Notes under the pieces: model-generated | Seen by the model: only the letters and a program-made list of their open reading frames with translations | Told to the model about the DNA's origin: nothing | Database searches by the model: none | Assembly (NCBI GenBank): GCA_028714535.1 | Contig: JAQTME010000004.1 | Span: 7,319-71,318, forward strand | Source: Candidatus Iainarchaeum sp. | Lineage (GTDB): Archaea; Micrarchaeota; Micrarchaeia; Anstonellales; Bilamarchaeaceae | Length of the DNA: 64,000 nucleotides | Direction of reading: 5' to 3' | Made by a program: the position numbers and the translations under genes | Shown: piece after piece, positions 37,731 to 47,138 of the stretch | Numbering within the stretch: the first letter of the stretch is position 1 | Layout of the letters: every line of letters begins with the position of its first letter

Positions 37731-39161
37731 ATGCTCGGCGAACTCGCGGAAAAGGGCGTGAGGGTGACCGTCGAGGCAGAAGAGCTCCTGAAATCAAGGG
37801 AGGCGGACCTGGAACTCATAGTGAAGCTCATCGGCCTGCAGAAGCCGCTGATTTCAAAGGAGGACGTGGAGTCGCTGCTGAAGCCGCCGGAGCTGCGGCC
37901 CGTGGAAGTGGTGCCGGCAGCGGCGTTCGCGCCGCTGGCGAAGGAATTCTCGTCCGATATAAGGCTCAACCACACCCTGGACGTGACAGGCAAGTCCCGC
38001 ACCAGGGGCGAGGTGGAGAACTTCATAAGCTATTTCCGCAACAGGTACGAGCGCCTGTCGCGCATGCTGCGCAGGAACGGCACCGTCCAGACCGACCTGG
38101 CGGACGTCCGGAAGCGCCTCAACGAGCGCGTCCGCGTGGTGGTGCTCATCTCGGACAAGAAGGAGACCAAGAAGGGCAACCTGCTTTTCGAGGTGGAGGA
38201 CATGACCGGCTCGTTCAAGGTCGTGGTCTCCCAGTCCAGGTACAACGAGAAGATACTCGACAAGGCGCGCGGCGTCATACTGGACGACGTGGTCGCCATA
38301 ACCGGCAAGGTGCTCGAGCCATACATCATAGCGGAGGAGATAGAATGGCCTGACCTGCCGGTGGTGCGCGAGAAGAGCCGCTCGGAGAACGACGTCGCCA
38401 CCGCCTACCTGTCGGACATCCATTTCGGCAGCAGGTATTTCCTCGAGAAGAAGCTCCAGTCCTTCGTCGAGTGGCTGCACGGCAGGGGCGAGGCCAGGGA
38501 ACTCGCCGGCAAGGTGAAATACCTGGTGATAGCCGGCGACGTGGTGGACGGCATAGGGGTCTACCCCAACCAGGAGAAGGAGCTGCTGGTCAAGGACATA
38601 CACCAGCAATACGCCATGTTCGACGATTTCATAGCCAGCCTGCCGGACTACATAGAGGTCATAGCAGCGCCCGGCAACCACGACGCGGTCCGCCGCGGCG
38701 AGCCCCAGCCGGCCCTTGGCAAGGACCTGGTTTCCTCTGACATTACCCTGGTCGGCAACCCGTCGTCCCTGTCGCTGGAGGGCGTGAAGCACCTGGTCTA
38801 CCACGGCACGTCCATCGACTCCATGATATCCAGCATCCCGGGCACGGCCTACGCGCACCCGGAGAAGGTGATGGTGGAATACCTGAAGCGGCGCCACCTC
38901 TCGCCGATATACGGCGGCAACCTGATAATCCCGGAGAACATAGACTACATGGTCATAGACGAGCCGCCGGACGTGTTCCACTGCGGCCACGTGCACAAGA
39001 ACGGGTACGTGCAGTACCGCAACACGCTGGTCATAAATTCGGGCACGTTCCAGGACCGGACGGATTTCCAGGTCAAGCAGGGCCACGTGCCCACCCCCGC
39101 GCTCGTCCCGGTGTATGAGATGAAGCACGGGCGCCTCCGCACCCTGGACTTCAACTACTAA
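37731..39161 (+). CDS. polB: DNA polymerase D small (proofreading) subunit DP1
   Basis: SDIHFGS, AGDVVDGIGVYP, PGNHD, YHG, CGHVH, NSGTFQ..T.FQ. Confidence 0.95.
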   Translation: MLGELAEKGVRVTVEAEELLKSREADLELIVKLIGLQKPLISKEDVESLLKPPELRPVEVVPAAAFAPLAKEFSSDIRLNHTLDVTGKSRTRGEVENFISYFRNRYERLSRMLRRNGTVQTDLADVRKRLNERVRVVVLISDKKETKKGNLLFEVEDMTGSFKVVVSQSRYNEKILDKARGVILDDVVAITGKVLEPYIIAEEIEWPDLPVVREKSRSENDVATAYLSDIHFGSRYFLEKKLQSFVEWLHGRGEARELAGKVKYLVIAGDVVDGIGVYPNQEKELLVKDIHQQYAMFDDFIASLPDYIEVIAAPGNHDAVRRGEPQPALGKDLVSSDITLVGNPSSLSLEGVKHLVYHGTSIDSMISSIPGTAYAHPEKVMVEYLKRRHLSPIYGGNLIIPENIDYMVIDEPPDVFHCGHVHKNGYVQYRNTLVINSGTFQDRTDFQVKQGHVPTPALVPVYEMKHGRLRTLDFNY

Positions 39162-39249
39162 AAGCGCAGGTTGCGCCCGTAGGATAACTTTATAAATTTA
39201 AACCGCATATCCCGTGTAACGGTGAACCACGTTCATCAACGGTGATCGA

Positions 39250-39507
39250 ATGGCCAAATATCTTATAGCAAGGCAACTCTCTGGGAAAAAGATCGTGACC
39301 AATGACGGCGAGGACTTCGGAAGGCTTGTGGACCTCAATGTGAACGAGGTGAGCGGCAAGATAGAGACGCTCATAATCGAGCCCAACCCTGACAGCGAGA
39401 CGGCCTCGAAGATGAAAAGGGAAGACGGCATGGTGAATGTCGCCTATGAGAGCGTCCTCGCAGTAGGCGATTTCATAATCGTCGAAAAGAGGAACATGTC
39501 CTACTAA
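39250..39507 (+). CDS. PRC-barrel domain protein
   Basis: LSGKKIVTNDGEDFG.LVD...SGKI...V.AVGDFIIV. Confidence 0.85.
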   Translation: MAKYLIARQLSGKKIVTNDGEDFGRLVDLNVNEVSGKIETLIIEPNPDSETASKMKREDGMVNVAYESVLAVGDFIIVEKRNMSY

Positions 39508-39512
39508 TTTTT

Positions 39513-40154
39513 ATGTTTTCCTATATCGCAGGCATCGACGAGGCAGGCCGGGGGCCGGTGATAGGGCCCCTTGTCGTCTGCTGCGCATTTTGCAACCGTG
39601 ACGACGAGAAGCTTCTCAGGAAATTCGCATCCAAGGATTCCAAGCAGCTCACTGCCGCGCAGCGCGAGGAGGCATACGCGAAATTGCGCTCGTTCTGCAC
39701 GTTCCGCTGGGTGGAGATAAGCGCGGCCGACCTGAACAAGCTGATGAAGAAGATGTCGCTGAACGACATAGAGGCCAAGGTCATGGCGGACCTGGCCAAG
39801 AAGCTGGACGAGAACAGCGACCTCATGATAGACATGCCAGACCGCTATTCCTGGACGTTCCGCAGGCGCATGGAGAAATTCGGCATAAAGCGGTTCGAGG
39901 CCGAGCACAAGGCCGACGAGAACTACCCCATAGTCGCCGCAGCGTCAATCTGCGCCAAGATAATCAGGGACCACAAGATAGACGAGATACGGGCTGCCAC
40001 GTGCGACTTCGGCAGCGGGTACCCGTCGGACCAGAAGACAATCGCCGCGCTCAAGGACAAGGCCAGGCTGGAGATGCTCCGCCCGTTCATCCGCGAGCGC
40101 TGGAAGACCCTGGACAACCTGAAACAACGGAAATTGTTCGAGGGCGAAGAGTAG
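39513..40154 (+). CDS. rnhB: Ribonuclease HII
   Basis: GIDEAGRGPVIGP, DSK, EHKAD..YP.VAAASI.AK, GSGYPSD. Confidence 0.95.
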   Translation: MFSYIAGIDEAGRGPVIGPLVVCCAFCNRDDEKLLRKFASKDSKQLTAAQREEAYAKLRSFCTFRWVEISAADLNKLMKKMSLNDIEAKVMADLAKKLDENSDLMIDMPDRYSWTFRRRMEKFGIKRFEAEHKADENYPIVAAASICAKIIRDHKIDEIRAATCDFGSGYPSDQKTIAALKDKARLEMLRPFIRERWKTLDNLKQRKLFEGEE

Positions 40155-40186
40155 CGGAAAGGGAAAATAAAGAAAAGATTTTTCCT

Positions 40187-40921
40187 TCAGCCCGTGCTGT
40201 TGCTCGTGACCACCACGCGGCCGGTCGCGGAGCGCTGCGTGGTCGAGTAGTACGTGCAGTCCATCTCCTGGCCGAGCGTGACCGTCGCCGCCTGGTTTAT
40301 CGCCAGCACGCGCGTGTCGAACACCTGCTTGCCTTCCAGGAAGCACGTCGCTGACATGGGGAAGGCGCCTGTGTTGGTGAAGGTTATGCTGTCGCCGACC
40401 TTCGCGTTGACCTCGGACGGCGTGTAGACGAAGCTGTTTATGGTCACTTCGTAGCTGGCAGGCACGTAGACCGCCGGCTTCTCGGACTCCACCGTGAACG
40501 AGACCGTCTTCTCGATCGCCGGGATATACTTCGTCCTGTCGTTGTTGAGCAGCTCGACCTTCACCGTGTGCGCGCCCGGCGCGAGGTTAGCCATGGTGTA
40601 GGTCCTGGTGCTCACCGTCGCGGGCTGGCCGTCATCCACGGTCACCCTGAAGTGGCCCTCGCCCTTCTTCGCAGCCCCTCCTGGCGGCTTGAGCGCCAGG
40701 TTCTGGTAGCTGAGCGTCAGCGTGACGTCGCCTGTGCTGCCGGCTATCGTTGCCACCTGCCCCGGCGTCGGGCTTGCGATGGTGAACGTCGGCGTCTTGA
40801 CGACCTCGACTGGCGCAGGCGTCTCGTTGGTGACGTTCTGCGCGGGCTGGCCCCCCAGTGTGCAGCCAAAAAGAAGGATGGATGCCATGACAAGTCCGAA
40901 CATGACGAGCTTCGGTTGCAT
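40187..40921 (-). CDS. Lipoprotein with Ig-like and cupredoxin-like domains
   Basis: LLFGC lipobox; GEGHF.V.VD / PGAHTV.VEL; VTINSFVY.P...KVGD.ITFTN; canonical Cu ligands not evident. Confidence 0.7.
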   Translation of the reverse strand: MQPKLVMFGLVMASILLFGCTLGGQPAQNVTNETPAPVEVVKTPTFTIASPTPGQVATIAGSTGDVTLTLSYQNLALKPPGGAAKKGEGHFRVTVDDGQPATVSTRTYTMANLAPGAHTVKVELLNNDRTKYIPAIEKTVSFTVESEKPAVYVPASYEVTINSFVYTPSEVNAKVGDSITFTNTGAFPMSATCFLEGKQVFDTRVLAINQAATVTLGQEMDCTYYSTTQRSATGRVVVTSNSTG

Positions 40922-40961
40922 TATGGTGCTTCTCCGGCTGGCTTAAAATACATATCGCCTC

Positions 40962-41612
40962 GTGATTATCCGCATGATAAAAGGCGTCCTTTTCGACTTC
41001 GACGGCGTGGTGGTCCAGTCCGAAGCCCTCCACAAGGAGACCTTCCTGGAGCTGCTCGCGCCCTACGGCGTTTCCGTGTCAGAGGAACGCTGGTACAGGG
41101 AGTTCGCAGGGACCGGCTCGCGGCACATATTCGAAACGCTCGTCAGGGAGAACGGCATAAAGGCCGACGTGGGCGCGCTGGTCGAGCAGCGCAAGAGTAT
41201 ATACGAGGCGCGGGTGCGCCAGGGCGCGCTGAAAGAAACGCCGGGCGTGCGCGAGTTCCTCTCGCTGCTCAGGAAAAAGGGCATAAAGACCGCAATCGTG
41301 TCAGGGAGCCACAGGAGCAACGTCGCCGCAGCCCTGTCCGTGCTCCATCTGGGCGGCCTTTTCGACGTGATAGTCAGCGGCGACGACCTGGCCGAGAGGA
41401 AGCCGTCGCCAGCGCCGTTCCTGCACGCCGCGAAGCTGCTCGGCCTGAAGCCGCAGGACTGCGTGGCGGTGGAGGACTCTGTGTCCGGCTGCGCCTCCGC
41501 GAAAGCCGCGGGCATGCGCCTCGTCGTCGTCCAATCCCCCGCGAGCAAGGATTTATATGGCTACGATGCGATAATAGATGACTTTTCGGAGTTTCCGCTC
41601 GGGATGTTTTGA
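40962..41612 (+). CDS. HAD-superfamily phosphatase (beta-PGM-like; ATG start probably 40974)
   Basis: FDFDGVV, KPSP, VEDS..G..SAKAAGM. Confidence 0.9.
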   Translation: MIIRMIKGVLFDFDGVVVQSEALHKETFLELLAPYGVSVSEERWYREFAGTGSRHIFETLVRENGIKADVGALVEQRKSIYEARVRQGALKETPGVREFLSLLRKKGIKTAIVSGSHRSNVAAALSVLHLGGLFDVIVSGDDLAERKPSPAPFLHAAKLLGLKPQDCVAVEDSVSGCASAKAAGMRLVVVQSPASKDLYGYDAIIDDFSEFPLGMF

Positions 41613-41613
41613 C

Positions 41614-42789
41614 ATGATTAAGCTTGAGCTGGACCGGAAAAAGCGCTCTCTGTCCGTGAAGGAGCCGGCCGACGTCTCCTCGCTGCAGAACGGCTTTTAC
41701 GGCCAGATGAAGAAAGGGATAATATACCTCGCCCCAGAGGAAGCGCTCTACATAATGGACATAAGGAACGGGCGCTGCTTCGACGAGGTGGGCAACGAAT
41801 ACTCCTTCAATTCGGTCGCCGCGCTGTTCCTGAAGATAAAGAAGCTGCTGGCCCGCTACCTCACGTATAAGGACTATCGCGACAAGGGGCTGATACTCCG
41901 CGATGCGAAAGAGGCGGAAGGCGGCTACGGGCGCACGGTGCTCAAGAAATACGCGGGCGGCTCGTTCAAGTTCGACTCGTTCGCCTTCGAAGGGCTTTTC
42001 TTCCCGCAGGACTTATTGACGCTGGTCGACGACGAGAAGGTTGGCAAGGAACTCTACGAGCGGTATTGGATAGGCCAGTTCGGCACCTACAAGGCTGCGC
42101 ACCGCGGCCGCATATCCAAGCTGGACGTGTATGAGACGATTTTCCTGCTCAAGCACGGCGGCCTGCACCTTACGAATGCGAAGCTGCACGACGTCGAGAA
42201 GACGGCGCGCAAGCGCATAAAGTTCTTCGACGACATGTACCTCGTCTACGAGGACTGGAGGCGCAGGGGCTACGTGGTCAAGACCGGCTTCAAGTTCGGC
42301 ACCCATTTCAGGATATACTTCCCGGGCGCGTCGCCCGTCCGCGCAGAGGACGAATGGATGCACTCCAGGCACGTGATACACAACTTCCCCAGGAAGCACA
42401 AGCTGCTCATCTCGGAATGGGCGCGCGCCATCCGCGTGGCGCACAGCGTGAAGAAGACGTTCATACTGGCGATTCCGGGCAAGAAGGCCGCCATAAAGGT
42501 CGACCCGAAGAAGCCGCGGCTTGACTTCCTGCTCTACCACCGCCGCAAGGACGGCATAGAGACGCCGAAGGACGGCACGCCGCGCTACCTGATGTACTCG
42601 CTCACCGAGGACGAATATATCGGCGGCGAGGGGCTGGCCGAGGCGCTCGCGGAGGCCAGGCATTACGGCCTGGAGATGATGATGGCCATAAGCGACAGGG
42701 AGAGCAGCGTCACATACTACATAATCAAGGAGATCGAGCTCCCGGGGAGCGAATACGAGTACTATGAAATTGAGTGGTTGCAACCTTAG
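41614..42789 (+). CDS. endA: tRNA splicing endonuclease, three-unit ARMAN (epsilon2)-like
   Basis: About 390 aa; LAPEEALY, VKTGFKFGTHFRIY, RVAHSVKK; GTYK loop resembling the ARMAN-specific loop. Confidence 0.88.
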   Translation: MIKLELDRKKRSLSVKEPADVSSLQNGFYGQMKKGIIYLAPEEALYIMDIRNGRCFDEVGNEYSFNSVAALFLKIKKLLARYLTYKDYRDKGLILRDAKEAEGGYGRTVLKKYAGGSFKFDSFAFEGLFFPQDLLTLVDDEKVGKELYERYWIGQFGTYKAAHRGRISKLDVYETIFLLKHGGLHLTNAKLHDVEKTARKRIKFFDDMYLVYEDWRRRGYVVKTGFKFGTHFRIYFPGASPVRAEDEWMHSRHVIHNFPRKHKLLISEWARAIRVAHSVKKTFILAIPGKKAAIKVDPKKPRLDFLLYHRRKDGIETPKDGTPRYLMYSLTEDEYIGGEGLAEALAEARHYGLEMMMAISDRESSVTYYIIKEIELPGSEYEYYEIEWLQP

Positions 42790-42852
42790 CAACCACTGCC
42801 GGCCAAAAGCAGCGCTTTTGACGGTCGAATGATACAACCATGGGTGAATGAC

Positions 42853-43128
42853 ATGCCGATAAGAGCGAGCCATATACTGGTGAAGGACGAGCAGGCGGCC
42901 AAGAAGCTGCTTTACGAGCTCCAGGCAGGGGCGAACTTCGCGATGCTGGCGAAGAAGCACTCCATGTGCCCGAGCGCCGAGCAGGGCGGGGACCTGGGCT
43001 TCTTCGACAAGGGGCAGATGGTGAAGGAATTCGAGGATGCGGCGTTCTCCGCGTCGGTCGGCGTTCCCGTCGGCCCTGTGAAGACGCAGTTCGGCTACCA
43101 CCTCATCCTGGTGACCGCCAAAAGGTAG
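42853..43128 (+). CDS. ppiC: Parvulin-type peptidyl-prolyl isomerase
   Basis: RASHILV, HSMCPS...GGDLG.F..GQMV.EF, PVKTQFGYHLI. Confidence 0.92.
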   Translation: MPIRASHILVKDEQAAKKLLYELQAGANFAMLAKKHSMCPSAEQGGDLGFFDKGQMVKEFEDAAFSASVGVPVGPVKTQFGYHLILVTAKR

Positions 43129-43212
43129 GATTTACGCCGTAAAACCTCTTGTTTACCTGCCAAAACACAACCGATAGCCTTTTAATGTATTTGTTTCATA
43201 AATTGTATTGGT

Positions 43213-43806
43213 GTGTATATGGGATGGGTAAAATCCGCTTCAATACTTTTCATGCTGCTCTGCTCCAGCTTCGCCGCCATACTCGAATCAGGCGATTCTG
43301 GCGTGCAGTTCGCTGCTGACGTCTCGGCCGCCAAGTGCGCCGAGGCAGGCGTGCAGGCGGTTTACCTGTGCTCAGGCAACGTCGTGCGCGTGGTTTCCGC
43401 CGACGGCAGCGCGTTCTACAAGCCGGAAGGCAAGATAGTGCGCTGCGCCAACGTGGCCCCGTCGCAGATGGGCGCCGAGTGCATGCAGATGATGACCCCG
43501 AACTACTGCCCTGTCAAGGCCGACTGCGGCGTGTCCAACGCCACCGCGACCTTCCCCGGCAACACCACCAACGCTTCCACGGCGCAGGTAAGGGACCTCA
43601 GTTCGCCTTCTGTGCCGGCAGTCACGCCTGTGAAGGCGTCCGCCAAGCCCCTTGCAGAATCAAAGAAAACCGACATCGTCATACCTGCTGCGGCTCCGAG
43701 CTCGTTCGAGTTCTCCATGGACTCGCTCGCCATAGTCGTGCTCCTGCTGGGCGCGGTTTCGGTCGGCGTGCTGTTCACGATGTTCAAGAACAGCATATCG
43801 GAGTAA
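43213..43806 (+). CDS. Secreted, C-terminally anchored hypothetical protein
   Basis: Signal peptide, Cys-containing domain, Ser/Pro linker, C-terminal TM helix. Confidence 0.65.
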   Translation: MYMGWVKSASILFMLLCSSFAAILESGDSGVQFAADVSAAKCAEAGVQAVYLCSGNVVRVVSADGSAFYKPEGKIVRCANVAPSQMGAECMQMMTPNYCPVKADCGVSNATATFPGNTTNASTAQVRDLSSPSVPAVTPVKASAKPLAESKKTDIVIPAAAPSSFEFSMDSLAIVVLLLGAVSVGVLFTMFKNSISE

Positions 43807-43875
43807 ATCCCCTTTTTCCGCTTTATTTTCCAGCGCCAGCGATGCCTATTTATACCTCATTCCAGAACTCCCCCC

Positions 43876-46434
43876 ATGAACGGCAAGAGCCCCCCCGTCC
43901 TGAGCAGCCAGGAGCTGGTATGCCTGCCGATGAAGGAACTGCTGTCCAGGCTGGGCGCCTCGGTTGACGGCCTGAGTGCCAAGGACGCCCACAAGCACCT
44001 CCACCTGTACGGACATAACGAGCTGGCCAAAAAGGAGAGGAAATCGCCCATACTGGCGTTTTTGGCGTATTTCAACAACCCGCTCATCCTCATCCTGCTC
44101 GCCGCAGGCGCAGTGGCAGGGTTCCTCGGCGAGATTGTCGAGGCAATCACCATATTCATCATGGTCCTGCTCAGCGTGGTCCTGAGCTTCGTGCAGGAGC
44201 ACCGCGCGGAACGGGCCGCAGAGGACCTCAGGAAGCGCGTGGCGACCACCGCCACCGTCCTCAGGGACGGCGTGAAGCACGAGATCCACCTCAACACCAT
44301 CGTCCCAGGCGACGTCGTCTTCCTCTCCGCAGGCGACATCGTGCCTGCGGACGCGCGCATAATCGAGGCAAAGGACCTGTTCGTGGACCAGGCGGCGCTC
44401 ACGGGCGAATCCTTTCCCGCGGAGAAGCAGCCTGAGCCGCTGAAGAGCGACTGCGTGGCAGAGGTCACGGAATGGAGGAACTACCTGTTCATGGGCACGT
44501 CCGTCGTGAGCGGGACCGCGACCGCGCTCATAGTGCGCACTGGCGGCCGGACCCAATACGGCGAGACAGTGAAGCTGGCCATGGAGAAGCGGCCTGAGAC
44601 CGAGTTCGACCGCGGGCTGAGGCAGTTCGGCTACCTCATCATGCAGGTGACCATCATCCTGGTGGTGTTCGTCTTCATAGTCCTCGCGCTGCTCAAGCAC
44701 GACGTGCTGGAATCGGTGCTGTTCGCGCTGGCGCTTGCAGTCGGGCTGACGCCAGAACTGCTGCCCATGATAGTGTCCATAAACCTGTCCATGGGCGCGG
44801 TCGCCATGTCAGGGAAGAAGGTCATCGTGAAGCGGCTCTCCTCAATCCACAACTTCGGCGCCATGGACGTGCTCTGCTCTGACAAGACAGGCACGCTCAC
44901 CGAGAACCGCGTGACGCTCATCATGCACGTGGACCTGAAAGGCAAGGACAATGCCAGGGTGCTTGAATACTCCTTCGTCAACAGCGCCTTCCAGACCGCG
45001 GTGAAAAGCCCGCTGGACCTGGCGGTCATGGCCCATGACAAGAAGGTTGATGCGTCGGGCTACAGGAAGATAGACGAAATCCCTTTCGACTTCAACCGCA
45101 GGCGCAGTTCCGTCGTCGCCTGGAAGGGGAAGCAGAAGCTGCTCATAACCAAGGGCGCGCCAGAGGACATAGCGAAGGTGTGCGACCGTTACGAGCTGGA
45201 GGGGAAGGTTTCCACCCTGACCGGCAAGGTGAGGGCTGCCATGGACGGCAAATACAGGCAGATGAGCATGGACGGCTACCGCGTGCTGGGCATCTGCTGC
45301 AAGGAAGTGGACGGCGGCAGGCTCACCGCCAGGGACGAGCAGAGCATGACCTTCCTGGGCTTCATAGCGTTCATAGACCCGCCCAAAGCGAGCGCGCGCG
45401 AGGCCGTCGACGAGCTGGAGCGGGACGGCATAATGTTCAAGATACTGACCGGCGACAGCGACCTGGTCACCAGGAAGACGTGCGAGCAGCTCGGCATAAG
45501 GATAACCGGCCTCGTGACCGGCGCCGATGTCTCCGCCCTGAACGACGACGCGCTCGCCCGCGTGGTGGAGAAGGCCAACATATTCGCGCGCGTGACGCCC
45601 GCGCAGAAGAACCGCATACTCCACGCGCTGAAAGGCAACAACCACGTGGTCGGGTTTTTGGGCGACGGAATAAACGACGCGCCGTCCATGCGCGTCGCGG
45701 ACGTGAGCATGTCGGTTGAGAACGCAGTGGACGTTGCTAAGGAATCCGCCGACATCATATTATTGCAGAAGGACCTGCGCGTGCTCGAGCAGGGCGTGCT
45801 CGAGGGCAGGAAGACGTTTGGCAACACGATGAAATACATCATGATGGGCGTCAGCTCCAACTTCGGCAACATGCTCTCCGTGGCCGTCGGCTCGCTGTTC
45901 CTGCCGTTCCTGCCCATGCTTCCCATACAGATTTTGCTGAACAACCTGCTCTACGACTTCTCCGAGACCACGATTCCCACCGACAACGTGGACAAGGAGT
46001 ACATCCAGAAGCCCCGCCGCATGAAGGTGGAATACATACGCAGGTTCATGCTGTTCTTCGGCCCGATAAGCTCCATCTTCGACATCCTGACCTACCTGGT
46101 CATGCTTTTCGTGTTCAATGCCACGGCGCCCGTGTTCCAGACCGCCTGGTTCGTCGAGTCGCTCTGCACGCAGACGCTTATCATATTCGCCATAAGGACG
46201 AGGAGGATACCGTTCCTGTCCAGCCTGCCCAGCGTGCCCCTGGCGCTGAGCAGCATCGGCGTGGTCGCGCTTACGCTGATACTGCCGTTCACGCCGCTCG
46301 CTGCGGTCTTCGAGTTCGCAGTCCTGCCGGTGCAGTTCTTCGCCATCCTCGCAGGGTTCGTGGTCGCCTACCTCATCCTGGTGGAAATGATGAAATGGTG
46401 GTTCTACAGGAAATACGCAGAGCTCGCGGAATGA
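43876..46434 (+). CDS. mgtA: Magnesium-translocating P-type ATPase (type IIIB)
   Basis: AVGLTPELLP, GAMDVLCSDKTGT, DEIPFDF.RRR, SSNFGNM, LLNNLLYD, WFVES. Confidence 0.92.
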   Translation: MNGKSPPVLSSQELVCLPMKELLSRLGASVDGLSAKDAHKHLHLYGHNELAKKERKSPILAFLAYFNNPLILILLAAGAVAGFLGEIVEAITIFIMVLLSVVLSFVQEHRAERAAEDLRKRVATTATVLRDGVKHEIHLNTIVPGDVVFLSAGDIVPADARIIEAKDLFVDQAALTGESFPAEKQPEPLKSDCVAEVTEWRNYLFMGTSVVSGTATALIVRTGGRTQYGETVKLAMEKRPETEFDRGLRQFGYLIMQVTIILVVFVFIVLALLKHDVLESVLFALALAVGLTPELLPMIVSINLSMGAVAMSGKKVIVKRLSSIHNFGAMDVLCSDKTGTLTENRVTLIMHVDLKGKDNARVLEYSFVNSAFQTAVKSPLDLAVMAHDKKVDASGYRKIDEIPFDFNRRRSSVVAWKGKQKLLITKGAPEDIAKVCDRYELEGKVSTLTGKVRAAMDGKYRQMSMDGYRVLGICCKEVDGGRLTARDEQSMTFLGFIAFIDPPKASAREAVDELERDGIMFKILTGDSDLVTRKTCEQLGIRITGLVTGADVSALNDDALARVVEKANIFARVTPAQKNRILHALKGNNHVVGFLGDGINDAPSMRVADVSMSVENAVDVAKESADIILLQKDLRVLEQGVLEGRKTFGNTMKYIMMGVSSNFGNMLSVAVGSLFLPFLPMLPIQILLNNLLYDFSETTIPTDNVDKEYIQKPRRMKVEYIRRFMLFFGPISSIFDILTYLVMLFVFNATAPVFQTAWFVESLCTQTLIIFAIRTRRIPFLSSLPSVPLALSSIGVVALTLILPFTPLAAVFEFAVLPVQFFAILAGFVVAYLILVEMMKWWFYRKYAELAE

Positions 46435-46486
46435 GTTAGAAAAAAAGAAAGGGCCGATGGTGGCCGGCCCGGGAAAACATGAAAAA

Positions 46487-46720
46487 TCAGACGACGATGA
46501 TTCCGTGCACCAGGCAACGCGGTTTCCCGCTGTTGCCTGCAGCGAATGTCTGCTGCGGCGTCTTTCCGCCGTATTCAAGTTCCGTCCAGGGCCTGTTCTG
46601 GCTCCTGTCAAATGCGCCCGGCAATCTTGCATGGCCGTTGTGCCTTGCCCTTATCGTTTCCTCACGCCTTTGGATCGCTATCTGCTGCTTTGTTAATGGT
46701 CTCAAGTCGTAGCATACCAT
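46487..46720 (-). CDS. Small orphan protein downstream of the tRNA-Arg(CCT) trailer
   Basis: ATATATAAATA box (about 46757-46768) and AGGTGA SD precede ATG 46720. Confidence 0.5.
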   Translation of the reverse strand: MVCYDLRPLTKQQIAIQRREETIRARHNGHARLPGAFDRSQNRPWTELEYGGKTPQQTFAAGNSGKPRCLVHGIIVV

Positions 46721-46839
46721 CTGTAATCACCTGTTAATCCATTCTGGAAATTCCGCTATTTATATATTTCTGACAAAAATATTCCTATAGGAATATCAAG
46801 AAGGCGGCTTACGGCACTGGATGTCGTGCTCATGGAAAA

Positions 46840-47007
46840 CGGGCCAGTTGTGAAATCCGCGGATTTCACTTCCGTCCCGATTCTCGTGAGGGCTGGCGCC
46901 AAGGCTGAAGCTAATGATGAGGAGAATCGGGCCCGGTGCGTTCATGGACGGCGATCCGTCCATGTGCACCCGGCCCTAACGTGCTGCTTATGTCTTCACG
47001 GGCCCGG
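46840..47007 (-). repeat. tRNA-Arg(CCT) trailer, units A and B directly adjacent
   Basis: CCGGGCCCG at 47007-46999 and 46936-46928, degenerate CTGGCCCG at 46847-46840; hairpins CATGGACGG/CCGTCCATG, CCCGATTCTC/GAGAATCGGG, GTGAAATCC/GGATTTCAC. Confidence 0.8.
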
Positions 47008-47073
47008 TGAGATTTGAACTCACGACCTTCGTCTTAGGAGGACGTCGCTCTATCCAAGCTGAGCTACGAGCCC
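46999..47073 (-). tRNA. tRNA-Arg(CCT), no intron
   Basis: GGGCTCG/CGGGCCC acceptor, GCTC-AGCTTGGATA-GAGC, CGTC-CTCCTAA-GACG, GTGAG-TTCAAAT-CTCAC. Confidence 0.95.
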
Positions 47074-47138
47074 GCAATACGTCGTAACGGCATTTATGCC
47101 TGCATGAATTTATAAACTGTTTTCAGCTTCTTTACCCC

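Noticed and set aside
46900-46925. Box C/D sRNA or TIGR-like array (CTGA...ATGATGA)
   Set aside because: Boxes are in the wrong order, lie antisense to the tRNA transcript, and are not kept in the homologous unit at 36450
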